A stretch of 62,948 bases of DNA, the filler included, from Reclinomonas americana ATCC 50394 (Eukaryota), in assembly GCA_048213135.1 (NCBI GenBank). It is 14 parts of 14 records of this genome, joined end to end, with 100 filler letters (N's around TTAATTAATTAA, not from the genome) between each part and the next. Parts side by side here need not be neighbours in the genome. Positions count along the whole stretch, not along the records: positions 1 to 9,887 come from AFZH01020541.1; positions 9,988 to 12,509 come from AFZH01020542.1; 12 more parts are not named here. The stretch is one strand, 5' to 3'. Of the stretch, positions 1 through 10,880 are shown in pieces (the stretch's first letter is position 1; each line of letters starts with the position of its first letter). Under the pieces are notes generated by a model. The model searched no databases. It was not told the origin of the DNA and was given only the letters and a program-made list of their open reading frames with translations. Position numbers and translations under genes: made by a program.

Positions 1-7
1 GTTAGTC

Positions 8-44
<37 letters not shown>

Positions 45-1026
45 CCTCTTCTTTCTGTCTCTCTCCAAGTCAGATTCACTTCTCAGTCACACGCTCTGCT
101 TCCCTTTTTCCTCCCTTCTCTCCTCAGTCTTCTGTCTTCCTTCCTCGCCTTAGTTATTTGTGAGTCTCTCTCTTCTCTCTCTCCCCCTTCCTCTCCCTCT
201 CCCCTCTCTCTCTCTCCTCTCTCGTTTTCCTCTTCTTTCTGTCTCACAATTCTCAGCATCTCCAAGCCTGGTTCACTTCCCAGCTTCTCTCTCGCTCTGT
301 TTCCCTTTCCCCTCCCTTCCCTCTCCCTCTCTCCTCAGTCTTCTGTCTTTCTCTTCTGAGCTGCCTTCGTCTCTTTCTCGCTCACTCTTTCTCAGACTCC
401 CTCATGCTCTGTTTCCCTTTTCCCTCCCTTTCCTCCATCTTTTCTCTTCCTTTCTCACCTTCGTCTATTCTCAGTCGTCTCCCTCTCTCTCTCTCCTTAA
501 TTTCTCTCAGTCTCGCTTCCTTCTGTCTCTCTCAATTCTCGGTCGCCTCTCTCTCTTGCACTTCTTCTCAAGCTCTGTTTCTCTCCCTTCTACCCTTCTC
601 TTTCCTCAGTCTCCTCTCTTCCCTCTCTTCTGAGTCATTTTCTGTCAGTCCTTCTGTTTTTGGTCGTCTCTTTCTCGCCCCCTCCTTCTCAGACTGCTCC
701 CTCATACTCTGTTTCCCTTTTCCCTCCCTTTCCTCCCCTCTATTTCCTCCATCTTTTCTCTTCCTTCCTCACATTCGTCTATTCTCAGTCGTCTCTCGTT
801 CCTCTCCCTCTTTAATTTCTCTCAGTTTCTCTTCCTTTTGTCTCTCTCAATTCTCGGTCGCCTCTCTCTCTCTCTCTCTCTCTCTTGCACTCTTTCTCAA
901 GCTCTGTCCCGTCCCTTCTTCCCAAAGTTTCTCTCTCCTCTCCCCTTCTCTCTCCTCAATCTTCTTTCTTCCTTCTCCAATAGTCTCTCTCTCCTCTCTC
1001 TCTCTCCTTGACATGCACCACCACAG
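1..1026 (+). repeat. CT-rich low-complexity region with a degenerate ~300-bp internal repeat; probably a long intron ending in CACAG at 1026
   Basis: Almost pure pyrimidine on the + strand. The block ctctgtttcccttttccctccctttcctcc recurs near 407 and 707, and ctcaattctcggtcgcctctctctc recurs near 531 and 847. Confidence 0.75.
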
Positions 1027-1224
1027 ATCCGCGACCACGTGCTCCAAATCGACGGCGAGCGCGGCCTGCGACCAAGACCACTGGCGTACGATCACTCGGA
1101 ACGATCCGTGGGCTGGTTCCGCAAGTGCTGTTACTACGTATTCTGCTGCTGCTGGTGCCGGCCAGACCGGCGCGCCGATCGCGATTTCGAGCCATTAACC
1201 CGCGGGCAGCCTTATGATGACTGA
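1027..1224 (+). CDS. Terminal exon of an upstream gene; Cys-cluster C-terminal tail
   Basis: Acceptor CCACAG at 1021-1026, then IRDHVLQIDGERG...WFRKCCYYVFCCCWCRPDRR...PYDD-TGA, followed by a T-rich 3' region. Confidence 0.55.
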   Translation: MRDHVLQIDGERGLRPRPLAYDHSERSVGWFRKCCYYVFCCCWCRPDRRADRDFEPLTRGQPYDD

Positions 1225-1368
1225 GGGGAGGGAGGGAGAGGAAGGAGAGAAAACATGAACGAATTGGTTGTTGATTTTTGTAAGGTTTTGGGTGGGTGTT
1301 TTGTACAATGTCCGTTGTGTGACTCACTCATTGCGGCGTGCCACTAATCAACCGCGCCCTTGCGCGTC

Positions 1369-4300
1369 ATGAACAAAGGTGCACATTAGCTGCTATCTCT
1401 CTCTCCCTCTCTGTCTGAGTGTCTGTCTGCGTGTGTGTGTGTGTGTGCGTGTGCGTGTGAGTGCAAGAACACTGATCCGGACACTTTGACACACACACAC
1501 AGCTCTAAAATCAAACAAGGAACGCCTGGCGTTTGTGCGCCAAGTGTTTGAGCAGTCGCAGGATGGTGAGAGAGCGTGTACATCTCTCTCTCTCTCTCTC
1601 CCTTTCACACACTCATCTCTCTCTCAGTGGACAAGCGATATCAGTTGATCAAGAGCCTGCCGCAATTGCTCAAGATCGCCTCCTGTGAGAGCGACAAGGT
1701 GTTGCGTGAGGTCGCTCGCGTCTTTTATGAGCTCTCGCGCATGGCCGGTGTGCTCGACAGCTCCGACTATCACATTGAGGTGTCGGGTGAGTGAGTCAGT
1801 AGGCTGCGATCACACTCACAGAGTCTTGCATCTCACTCGCCTGAGTGCACGCACAGCCAAGGCACTGGTCGAGCTGTGTCGCTCTTATGATCCAGAGACG
1901 CAGATCCTCACGGCGCAGGCACTCAGCAACCTCGTTGTTGATGGTTTGCTCACGTGCCGCCTGCTTGCGGTGATCGATCCTCTCTCGCGCGCTCATGTCT
2001 CCCTCCCGCTCGCAGAGAACTTTGTGGCGGAGCTGTTGGAGGCCGGTGGCTTTGTGCCTCTGATTGCACTCTTGCGCTCGGAGCACGACATTGTGCTGCA
2101 GGAGGCGTGTCGTGTGTTTATGAATATCAGTCTGAAGAGTTGCGCGCGCGACTCCCTCCTCCTCTCGCCACCTCCACTGTCGCTGCTTACGCTTCCTCTT
2201 TGCGGGTGCAGACGAGTCGGTGTTGCGTCTGACCATCATTTGGTGCGCCAGCCCGCTCACCAATCTGCTCGTGTCCGAGAACATGGATGTGGCGGTGGAG
2301 GCTGCGTATGCCATTGGCACGATGGCCGCGAACGAGAAGATGGCCGAGGAGTTTTACGATTTCGGCATCTTTGACAAGCTGAAGCCGCTGTTGCGCAGCT
2401 GGGATGTCAACTTGAGGCGCGCGTGCATGACGATTGTCGTCAGCCTGGTGAACCACACGTATGTGCGGGCGTACTTTTTCAAGGAGATCTTTGTCGACAA
2501 GCTCTTCCCGCTGTGTCGCGACGAGGAGTTGGAGATTCGCTCGGCGTTGGAACGCGTGTTGGAGAAGCTGGCCACCGAAGACAAGTTCCAGGATGTGCTG
2601 TCAACGCGTGGTGACACCGACATTTTCACATTCATCTTGACGAGTGGCATGTCGAACAACTTGAAACGGCAGTGTGTGGTGGCCGCCTTGCAGCAGAATG
2701 CTCTTCGTGGTGCGTGTGTATGTGCGTGTGTGCGCGTGTGCATGGTATTGCCGTCGGGTGCTCATGTTGCGAGTCGCACAGTTGGGCAAGAGTGGGTTGC
2801 CGCCGATCAAGCCATTCTCACCAGCATCACCACGCTGCTGCTCTCACGGGACCCCGAGATGCAAGCTCCTGCTTTGCGAGCAACGCATGCATGTTCATTC
2901 CACGGTGTGTGCTAGTGCGACGACGCACAGTGCATCTTGTTCTCTCCTCACATGTTTTCTTGTGGTTGGCAGTGGATCTGCGGCAGCGCATTGTACAGAA
3001 GCGAGTGACGCCGGTGCTACTGGAGTATGTGGTGAGCAAGGACGCCGAGCTGCGACTCGTGGCGCTAGAGACAGTATGTAGTCTCTGTCAGGATCGTTGC
3101 GTGCACCCCCATTTGCAACCTCCTTCCCCCCGTCGAGAGCTTACGATCGCCGGCTGCGTAGCTGTCAACGTGCCGAGTGTGTTTGACGACATTGGTGTGG
3201 ATCCACTCTTTGATGCCATGCTGCTCTCCGATCCACGCTTGGTGCGCCTGGCCAGCAAGACGCTGCGCATCTTTACGGAAAATGGTGCGCCATCCTGTTG
3301 GCGACATGGAGACTCGTAACATTACCCATCTGACTCTTCGTGTGTGTGTACGTGCAGCGGATCTGCGTGCCCGTTTTGTCACTCGCGGTGGTATGCGTCA
3401 TCTCATGGTGGGCATGAATGCCAAGGACGTTGTGGTCCACCGTCATGCCGCAGAGGCACTTTACAATCTGTCGCGCTCGAGTTGCGTGCAATCGCCTCAG
3501 TCGAGCACAGCAGTGTGTTGTCGCTCATGTGGCTTACGATCGACGACGCAGATGACTCGTTGGTAGCAATCTTGCGCGACGATTACCTGACGGAACTGTT
3601 GAGCTACGATGCACAAAAGTTGGCGGGCGTGGCAGAGGAGGAGATTTTGGTGTCGGAAGACTTTAGGCGGCCGCCTCTTGTGATTCGGCTCTCCGCTCCC
3701 GGTCCCAAAGACCTCAAGCTGCGCACTCGTCAAGCCGGCATGCAGCTGACGTCACGCACGGGTCAGCCGATCTTTTTGGACGCTGCAGCCGAAGTTCGAC
3801 TGCCCGTGGCTCCAGTTGCGAGGGGGATGGGGGAAATGACACAGGCACGGCTTGGTTTGCCAGTGACTCATTCATTCATTGCAGGATCATGCCTGGTCCG
3901 AGTGGTCTGCCGACGAGCGGCTCCAGATCGGACTGGTGGCTCTCAACACACTGCGTAACATGATTCGCTGCGGTTCGTTGTTTTTTTTTGTCGAATCGTC
4001 TCGTGTCTCACCGGCGCGCGCACTCATTTTTTCCCCGTGCCCCAACGACAGAGGCTCCCGGCATTCAACCGGCCAAGTGGACACGGCTTCGTGCGCGCCT
4101 GGTTACTGCTGTCTTTAATGTGCTGCACTTTACCGAGGTGCCGTTGCTGCGACTGCGCTGCCTGTCCATCATCGACAAGCTGTTGGAGACCAGTTGAGTG
4201 TCATCCCACGTGCTGTGGCCGATGTGGTATCTGACTTTTCAGCCGGTGAATGCGCAGTATCGGACGTGCTCCGCTCTGTTCTCATTGAGCAGCCGCGGTA

Positions 4301-6660
4301 TCCGCAGCGACTGATCGAACTGTTCATCATTCCACTGCACCTCTATATGGTCCGCGGGGAGCTGCAGCCGGTGGATCGACAGGTTGGAATCGTACGCCGC
4401 CGATGCAGTCACATGCATGAATGCACACACTTACGTGTGTGTGGCGCAGGACCCGGATTTCCGAGTTGACACTTCGATTGCTGACGTGCTGCAAAGACTA
4501 CTGAAGCACTTGACCGGGCAGGGTATGTTGGCGATCGTGCGCGCGGGAGCTGCGTATGCGGTGCACTCACTTCCATCGATTTTTGTGTGCACAGGACCGG
4601 CTTGGAACGCCATTGTCGATGGATTTGTGGCCAGCCAGCGTGGTCTTACACTGACTGCCGAAGGTACTCCATCTGTTGTGTTATTTAGCGAGCCTGATGT
4701 CCCTTCCACTCACGCCGCCGCGTACGCAGATGTTGTGCGCTTTGTCATGAGCGACACCACACCGCAACTGTCCTGTTGCGTCATGCTATCATTCTTGTGC
4801 TGACAGCCACTAGTCCTCACAACCCCGCACGCACACAGTGTCAAACATGAGCGACGAATACGTGTTGGTGTACAGTCGGCTGGTCTCCGCAGGTGTCGCC
4901 GCCTGGCTTACAGCCAACGCTGCCGCCACTCACGCAGCGCAAGATGCAAAGCGTGCACGCTCTGCGACCTCAACAGCCGCTGGCGGATCTTCTGTGCTCT
5001 CCTCTTCGACAACACGTGGTCATTTGACTCATGCGCTGGGACGGGGAAGTGTCGGGGCGGCGGGAGCGGCGGCGGCAGCGGCTGCGCATGGTGCGGGCGG
5101 TGTAGGGGCGCCGTTTGAACTGGAGGATCGACCGGAGGATCCGTATGAGAAGCGTGCGAGCTACTTGGCAAACGTGATTGATGAGCGTCGTGACCGAGCG
5201 CTGGCGTACCGGAAACGTCTGCGGTGGTTGTTTGAGGCGCCGACAGAGGCGGATTTGGAGCGTGTGCGACCGACTCGTGTGGAGAAACCGGAGCGCATTT
5301 TCCCGGATGAGAGACCGGTGTTGGACCAGCTGTTCCAGCGGACGGCCGAGTGGACAGGTGCGTTGCTGCAAGTGGCAGGTGTGCTGGAATCGTGGGTCTA
5401 ATTCCGAGACGTGCAGTGGCCACCGAGGCTCAGTTGAAAGCTGGCTCCAAGGGCAGTGTGCCCTCCTCGAAGATTGGTTTCGAGCATCTGTTTGCGTTGC
5501 GTGCGGTGACGCAGTGGGTTGAGGTCGCGAGCTTCTCACCGTAGAATTCAATGCACAGGAAGAAAGTCATTTCCACCCTCAGCATGTACACGAGAGCGTT
5601 GCGTTGTTGCCTGCATGAACCATGCGCACTGGTCACCCTGCTCACATACCATGTGCGATGCAGAACGTCACCCGCGGATGGCACGCAAAAGAGGCCAGCA
5701 AGTGCCACCGTACGACAGAGCTCGTCTTCCAGTCTCTCGCAACGGTACACCAGTCCACCAGCGCTGTCACAATGTCGACCTTGTCAATGACACACCTCTT
5801 CGCAGTGTTCGTCCGGCGTCGGCCCGAGTGATGGGTTCGTCGGGGGTGAATTCTTCTGTCGACACGTCTGCGGCCGGCAGTGGTCGTCCACCGAGTGCCA
5901 TGTCTGAACGAGGAGGATCGGCGCGCCGTGAGGTGCCTGCGCCGATTCGCAAGCGGCCTGTGTCAGCCACAGCAGCGAATGGCATTCAGCGTGTCGTACG
6001 AGCGGCTTCCACCACCAAGTGCGTTCATCTGTGTGCCTTTTTGCTTGCTCTGTGTCGTTTTCCACTTACATGTGACTTGTTCGTAGATTGCGACCAAGCT
6101 CCGCACCGTGCGTACCACGCTTTCGCAGCTGCAACCTGCTCGACGTGCTAACCTCTCTGTCTCCCTTTCCTTCACAGGAGTGGCGCCAAGCGACCGCAGT
6201 CTGCTCCACGGTTCGTTTTTTCTGCTGGTCTTGATGTGTTCCGTGCTGACTTGGTTGTCGCACAGCAATGCTGGAGCACCACGAAACAGCAGCCGCGACG
6301 CGTCGCACCAAATGTCGGCGTCGCCACGCGACTCGGTGCAGGAACTCCGTCGCCTGGCCGCCAGTGTGGCCGGCTCGACAACTGCCGACGGCGATACGTT
6401 GCGTCGGCTGCTGTTGTTCTTGTCTCATCAGTGTTCGTGGCTGTGTCGCTCACATCCACGGTGCGTTGCCTCCATGTCAGTGTACTACTGATGTCGTCGG
6501 CCCGCACACTCTCGTTGCGCATAGTCGTGCTGGGCGCATACCACCTTTTCGTCCATCTCTTCTCACTCGTTTTCTTTGTGTTGTAGTCGCTCGGATTCAC
6601 CGCAGTCTGGCAGGGCGCCGGCCAAGCGACCCATGTCGGCCACTATTCGATGATAGTTAA
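1369..6660 (+). CDS. Armadillo-repeat protein with a low-complexity RPxSA-rich C-terminus (multi-exon)
   Basis: Spliced start MNKALKSNKERLAFVRQVFEQSQDVDKRYQLIK. ARM-like segments include LLEAGGFVPLIALLRSEHDIVLQEACRVFMNIS, PLTNLLVSENMDVAVEAAYAIGTMA and GGMRHLMVGMNAKDVVVHRHAAEALYNLS. Over 20 GT-AG introns restore the frame; the 3' exons are less certain. Confidence 0.8.
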
Positions 6661-6790
6661 TGTACACTTGCATAGTGTTGGCGAGCTTGCATCAAAGGAG
6701 GAAAAGTGTGAAGTCGCGTCCTGCATCATATCACACGCCTTTCGATATTAGAGACAGAGACGGAGCGAGAGAAAGAGAGAGCGAGAGAGC

Positions 6791-8975
6791 ATGCTTGACA
6801 TATACAAGCTGCTCCTCTTCGTGTGGTGCGTGTGAATCTCTCATGTTTCCTTCAGCGGGGATCTCCCTCACAGTGTGAGCATGCACAGCGTGTTCATTGC
6901 TGCCACGTGGATCATCTCTGTTGCGCAACGACTCCTCTCCCTTTCTCTCTCCCCTCTCCCTCTCTCACACGTGCATTTCACAGGTGATCACACGTGTTAG
7001 TACGAATGTTCGATCAGTGTTGTCTCGCGCCAGTGTCGAGATCTCCGCCGGCAAGATCATTGTCTCCACCACGCGATTCAATCACTACTTTCATTCATGT
7101 GGTGCGACACACACACACACTTTCCCTCTCATGTTGCCAGTTCTCACCGTGCACGTGCAGGCTCCACGTGGACGCGGTTCTGGAGTCGATGGTTCTCTGT
7201 GGGCGCTCTGATTGGCTTTGCCTGTGCCATTGCCGGCTTTCTGTTCTTCTCACTCAATCTGCTGCGGTTACTGCTGGCGCTGTTCGTCCGCACCGATCAC
7301 GTGTCGGCGGCGGCAGCGGCGGCAGCGGTGGTGGCTGTCGATGGTGTCAGCGGTGCACCAGTGGCGGCGGAAGCAGCGAGTGTACTGATGGATGTCATGT
7401 CGGAGCCGCCGATTGTTGTGCAGCCGCTGGTGTGCATGCTGCTTGATGCATGCGGCCGCGAGGGGGAATTCTGACGCTTCGATGGTGATTTGGGCAGGTG
7501 CCTGGGATCAGCATTCCGCTCTCACACGCCGTGTACCTGTTGGCGGCCATGTTTTGTGGTGCCGTGGTGCACGAATTCGGTCATGCGGTGGCGGCTGCCA
7601 GGTGAGCGTATCGCGTCTGTTGATGCATGCTTGCGCATGCTTGCGATGCTCACTTACATGTGTGTTCAGTCACGGCGTGCCTGTGCGCAACTGTGGATTC
7701 TTCTCGTTCTTTGCGCTGCCGGGTGCGTTTGTGACCATGGACGATGCGTGGGTGCGCTTGCAGCCTTCACAAAGGTGCGTAGGCTGTTGTGCTGTGCCTC
7801 CGGGCGTCCATGCTAACTGCCAGCAATCGAGTAGATTCAGCATCCTGTTCGCTGGCGCCTGGCACAACCTGCTTTTGAGTGCGGCCGCCCTCGGCATTGT
7901 GCTCATTCTCCCCAGTCTGCTGTCAGTGGCCTACGCAAGTGATCAGGGCCTTACCGTGCTCTCTGTCGATGCTGTTGCGTTGCTCGTTTACCTCCCTCGC
8001 TGACGCTTGCTAACCTCGGAACAGGACCACCTACGTGCGCACGTGCATCCGGGCGACTTGATTACCGCCGTCGGTCCCGACAACTGTCAAGTACGAAACC
8101 GAGCCGACTTGGCGCACTGTCTGACGAAACTCGCCGCAACCAAGGACCGCACCGGCTACTGTGTGGGCAGTCTGCTCGAGATGCCTGGCCAGACAGAGCG
8201 CAACACCGAGTGCTGCTACGACGGAGCAGCATCGTCGCAACTGTGCGTGTTGGATCCACTCGGCGATGACGGCTGCGTGCCAGGCCGATCGATTCGCGAT
8301 GCCACCGAGTGCTCGTACGGAGTCGACGAAGACGATTGCGCGGAGCACGGGCCGTGTGTGCGGCCAAAGTTGGCGAGCAGCGAGTACCTGTACAGATTTG
8401 AGGTCACGGATGCCGTCGGGGTGCCGCGAAAACTGGCGGCCATTGGCGCTCTCGCCGATCTCGCCGACCACGGTTTGTCTTTTCTCCCCAGTCGTTCAGC
8501 GCACGGCGATATGATGTTCAACGGGGGCGATGTTGCGCTGTGCAGTGTTGACGAGCGAGTACCTCTTCCGTCTGTCGGATTTCGGTCGATCGTCGGCCTT
8601 GTTGCGCGAGTTTCCGCTGCTGCTGGAGCGCTTCCTCAGGTGCGGCGATGGTTGTTTGTGGAAGCCCGGCTTCACCTCGGTTTCCTCACTTGCTGTCGGC
8701 AGATACCTCTTTGTTGTCAACATTGCTCTGTTCCTCTTCAATTGCCTGCCGGTGGTATCACTGGACGGAGAGAAAGGTGATGCCGTGCGGAGCACCCTGG
8801 TCTTACATCTTCTTGACTGCGATCTCACCGGGTTGGGGAAACGAACACAGTTCTCGGCATCATCACGAGCAGACTATTCCCGCGACATCCGTCCGTACAT
8901 CGGTGGATCGTGTTGCTGTGCACCAGCGTCCTCGTCCTCAACGTTGCGCTCGGTATCTGGGTGTCGAGCGTGTAA
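6791..8975 (+). CDS. MBTPS2: Site-2 protease (M50 intramembrane zinc metalloprotease), MBTPS2-like
   Basis: HEFGH zinc motif near 7570, AGAWHN, a Cys-rich PDZ-like lumenal insert, the FNCLPVVSLDG motif near 8737-8769 and hydrophobic segments. The start codon is inferred. Confidence 0.88.
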
Positions 8976-9235
8976 ACTACCACAAATGCGAAATGTTAAT
9001 GTAAAGCGAGAGAGAGAAATATAGCCAGCACCGTCACCCGCAGCTTTATTCACATACAACACACACACGCACGCGCACACACACATACACACAAAACGTG
9101 CACGCAGTCGCACTCTGTTTGGCGACCACGAGCAGTGCCAGTGGCGATGGCGAAGAGGACAAGGAGGGAGAGAAAGAGAGCGAAGAGAGAAAGAAAAGTA
9201 CACAGAGGAGAGTCTACTGCGAGCGACTGGCTGGT

Positions 9236-9808
9236 TCACGAGTGCGCCGACACCGTCGTCGGCACGGGAGCAGCACCAGCAGAGGCTGCCGCGGCAACCG
9301 AACTCGGCGGCTCTGCTGGATGCGGATCGCTGCCGGAAGCCGTGCCGTCGTGCACCCCGGAACCCGAGGCACCGCCAGCAGCAGCGGCTGCAGCCATGAA
9401 TTCGGTGGGTGTGCACGTCACGTCGGTACCCACAGCCTGTATTGTGGAGCGTCCGGCGCGCGCCTCGGCCAGCAACTTGGTCTTGATCACGTCGTCCTGT
9501 GGTGGGGCGTGAGAAGGACGAGGAGAAGGAAGGGAACAGACGTGTGACGCGCACCTGCACTTTGCGCACATGCGCCATCCACGTCTCAATGTTGCGATCC
9601 AGCGCCTTATTTTGGTAGTCGTACATGTACCACGTCCGCGTCGGAGTCACCAGGCGCATACAGTTTGGATTGCCGACCTCCATGTCGGCGCGATCGACCT
9701 CGCAGTTGAAAATGTCGACGACGCCCAGCGGGCACGTCGCTTTTTCGTTCTTGAAGTAGTACAAGTGTGTGCCCAGCAGTGCAAACCACCTGGCAGCAGG
9801 GTGAGCAC

Positions 9809-9851
<43 letters not shown>

Positions 9852-10601
9852 GGAGGGGAGCAGTCGCGACCGAACCGGAACCGTACCNNNNNNNNNNNNN
9901 NNNNNNNNNNNNNNNNNNNNNNNNNNNNNNNTTAATTAATTAANNNNNNNNNNNNNNNNNNNNNNNNNNNNNNNNNNNNNNNNNNNNTGAGAAGAAGGAG
10001 AAGGAGGAAGAAGAACGCGAGTGAGCAGTGATGTAATAAACAACAAATACAAAAACACACAGACCTCTGTGGCCTCGTTCATGGCGCGCACCCAGTCTGT
10101 GACCAATAGCTGCGGATCGACCACACTCGTGTCGTCCGCGGCCACACCAATGATAAACACTCGTCGTACAGTCTCCTCCTCCGAGGGCGGACTGATGGTG
10201 AAACCGCAGCGAATGTGCGGATCTGCTGCCGCCACACTGACCTCGGCGCCCATCAGTGGAATCACACCCTTGGCGGCCTTCACCTGTAAGACACGCAGTG
10301 TGTGTGTGAGTGCGAGTGTGTGTGTGTACGTGTGCAGACACACACACGCAACATCCGAGTCTTTGTAGTAGAACACGAAGGCGCCAATGAGGCGGAACCA
10401 TCTGCGCTTCCATGAACCGACACGCTGACCTGTGTGCGCGTCAAACAGAAACACAGTGTGAGAGTGTGTGTGAGTGACACACAGAGAAAGAGAGAGAGTG
10501 AGTATGTCTGCGCATGCACACATACCCTTCTTGATAAACCATCCTCCGCGCTCGGCACTTCGGTACACTGGGTTGCGCAGGAGAGCAGCAACTTCAGTCA
10601 T
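9236..10601 (-). CDS. Tandem PH-domain protein (spans a gap)
   Basis: PH1: GWFIKKGQRVGSWKRRWFRLIGAFVFYYKDSD...KGVIPL...WVRAM. PH2: LYYFKNEKATCPLGVVDI...CMRLVTPTRTWYM...ETWMAHVRK. Confidence 0.8.
9888..9987. other. Artificial gap spacer, first of 13 (others start at 12510, 15613, 22272, 29480, 32489, 36681, 43890, 46896, 48757, 51166, 54280, 60312)
   Basis: Each is 44N + TTAATTAATTAA (stops in all six frames) + 44N. Confidence 0.97.
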
Positions 10602-10880
10602 TGCGTTGAGAAGAAAAGAGGGAAAGAAACAGACGGCGGAGGACACGACGTTGTGACACAATATCGCACACTCTTCTCCATTCCTCTCACTGCTCATCTC
10701 CCGACTTGTGACTGCGTGTGCATGCGTAGGCCTTTCCGGTGTTGCGCGCGCGCGGTGAAGCAGAAGGCGGTCGACGTTGTGTTGCAAACGTCGCGAGCTG
10801 TGAGAGGACAGCTCGGTCGCGTCGTGACGACGGACTGTACTGACCATTTTCTTTTCCGCGTCACAAGAGAGCGCAGTGCA

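Noticed and set aside
83..1198. Long Ser/Leu/Phe-rich and Arg/Glu-rich ORFs
   Set aside because: These are translations of CT/GA low-complexity DNA that lacks stop codons.
1563..1627. Apparent non-canonical intron after an ATG at 1563
   Set aside because: The true frame starts at 1369, which makes this a normal phase-1 GT-AG intron.
2139..3486. Reading the GTTGCG donors as non-canonical TT donors after an exon G
   Set aside because: Keeping the G in the exon breaks the frame and the 123-nt periodicity, so the introns are still GT-AG.
9932..9943. Recurrent palindrome TTAATTAATTAA resembling a piggyBac site or repeat
   Set aside because: It is always centred in a 100-nt N run, and genes continue across it, so it is an artificial six-frame-stop spacer.
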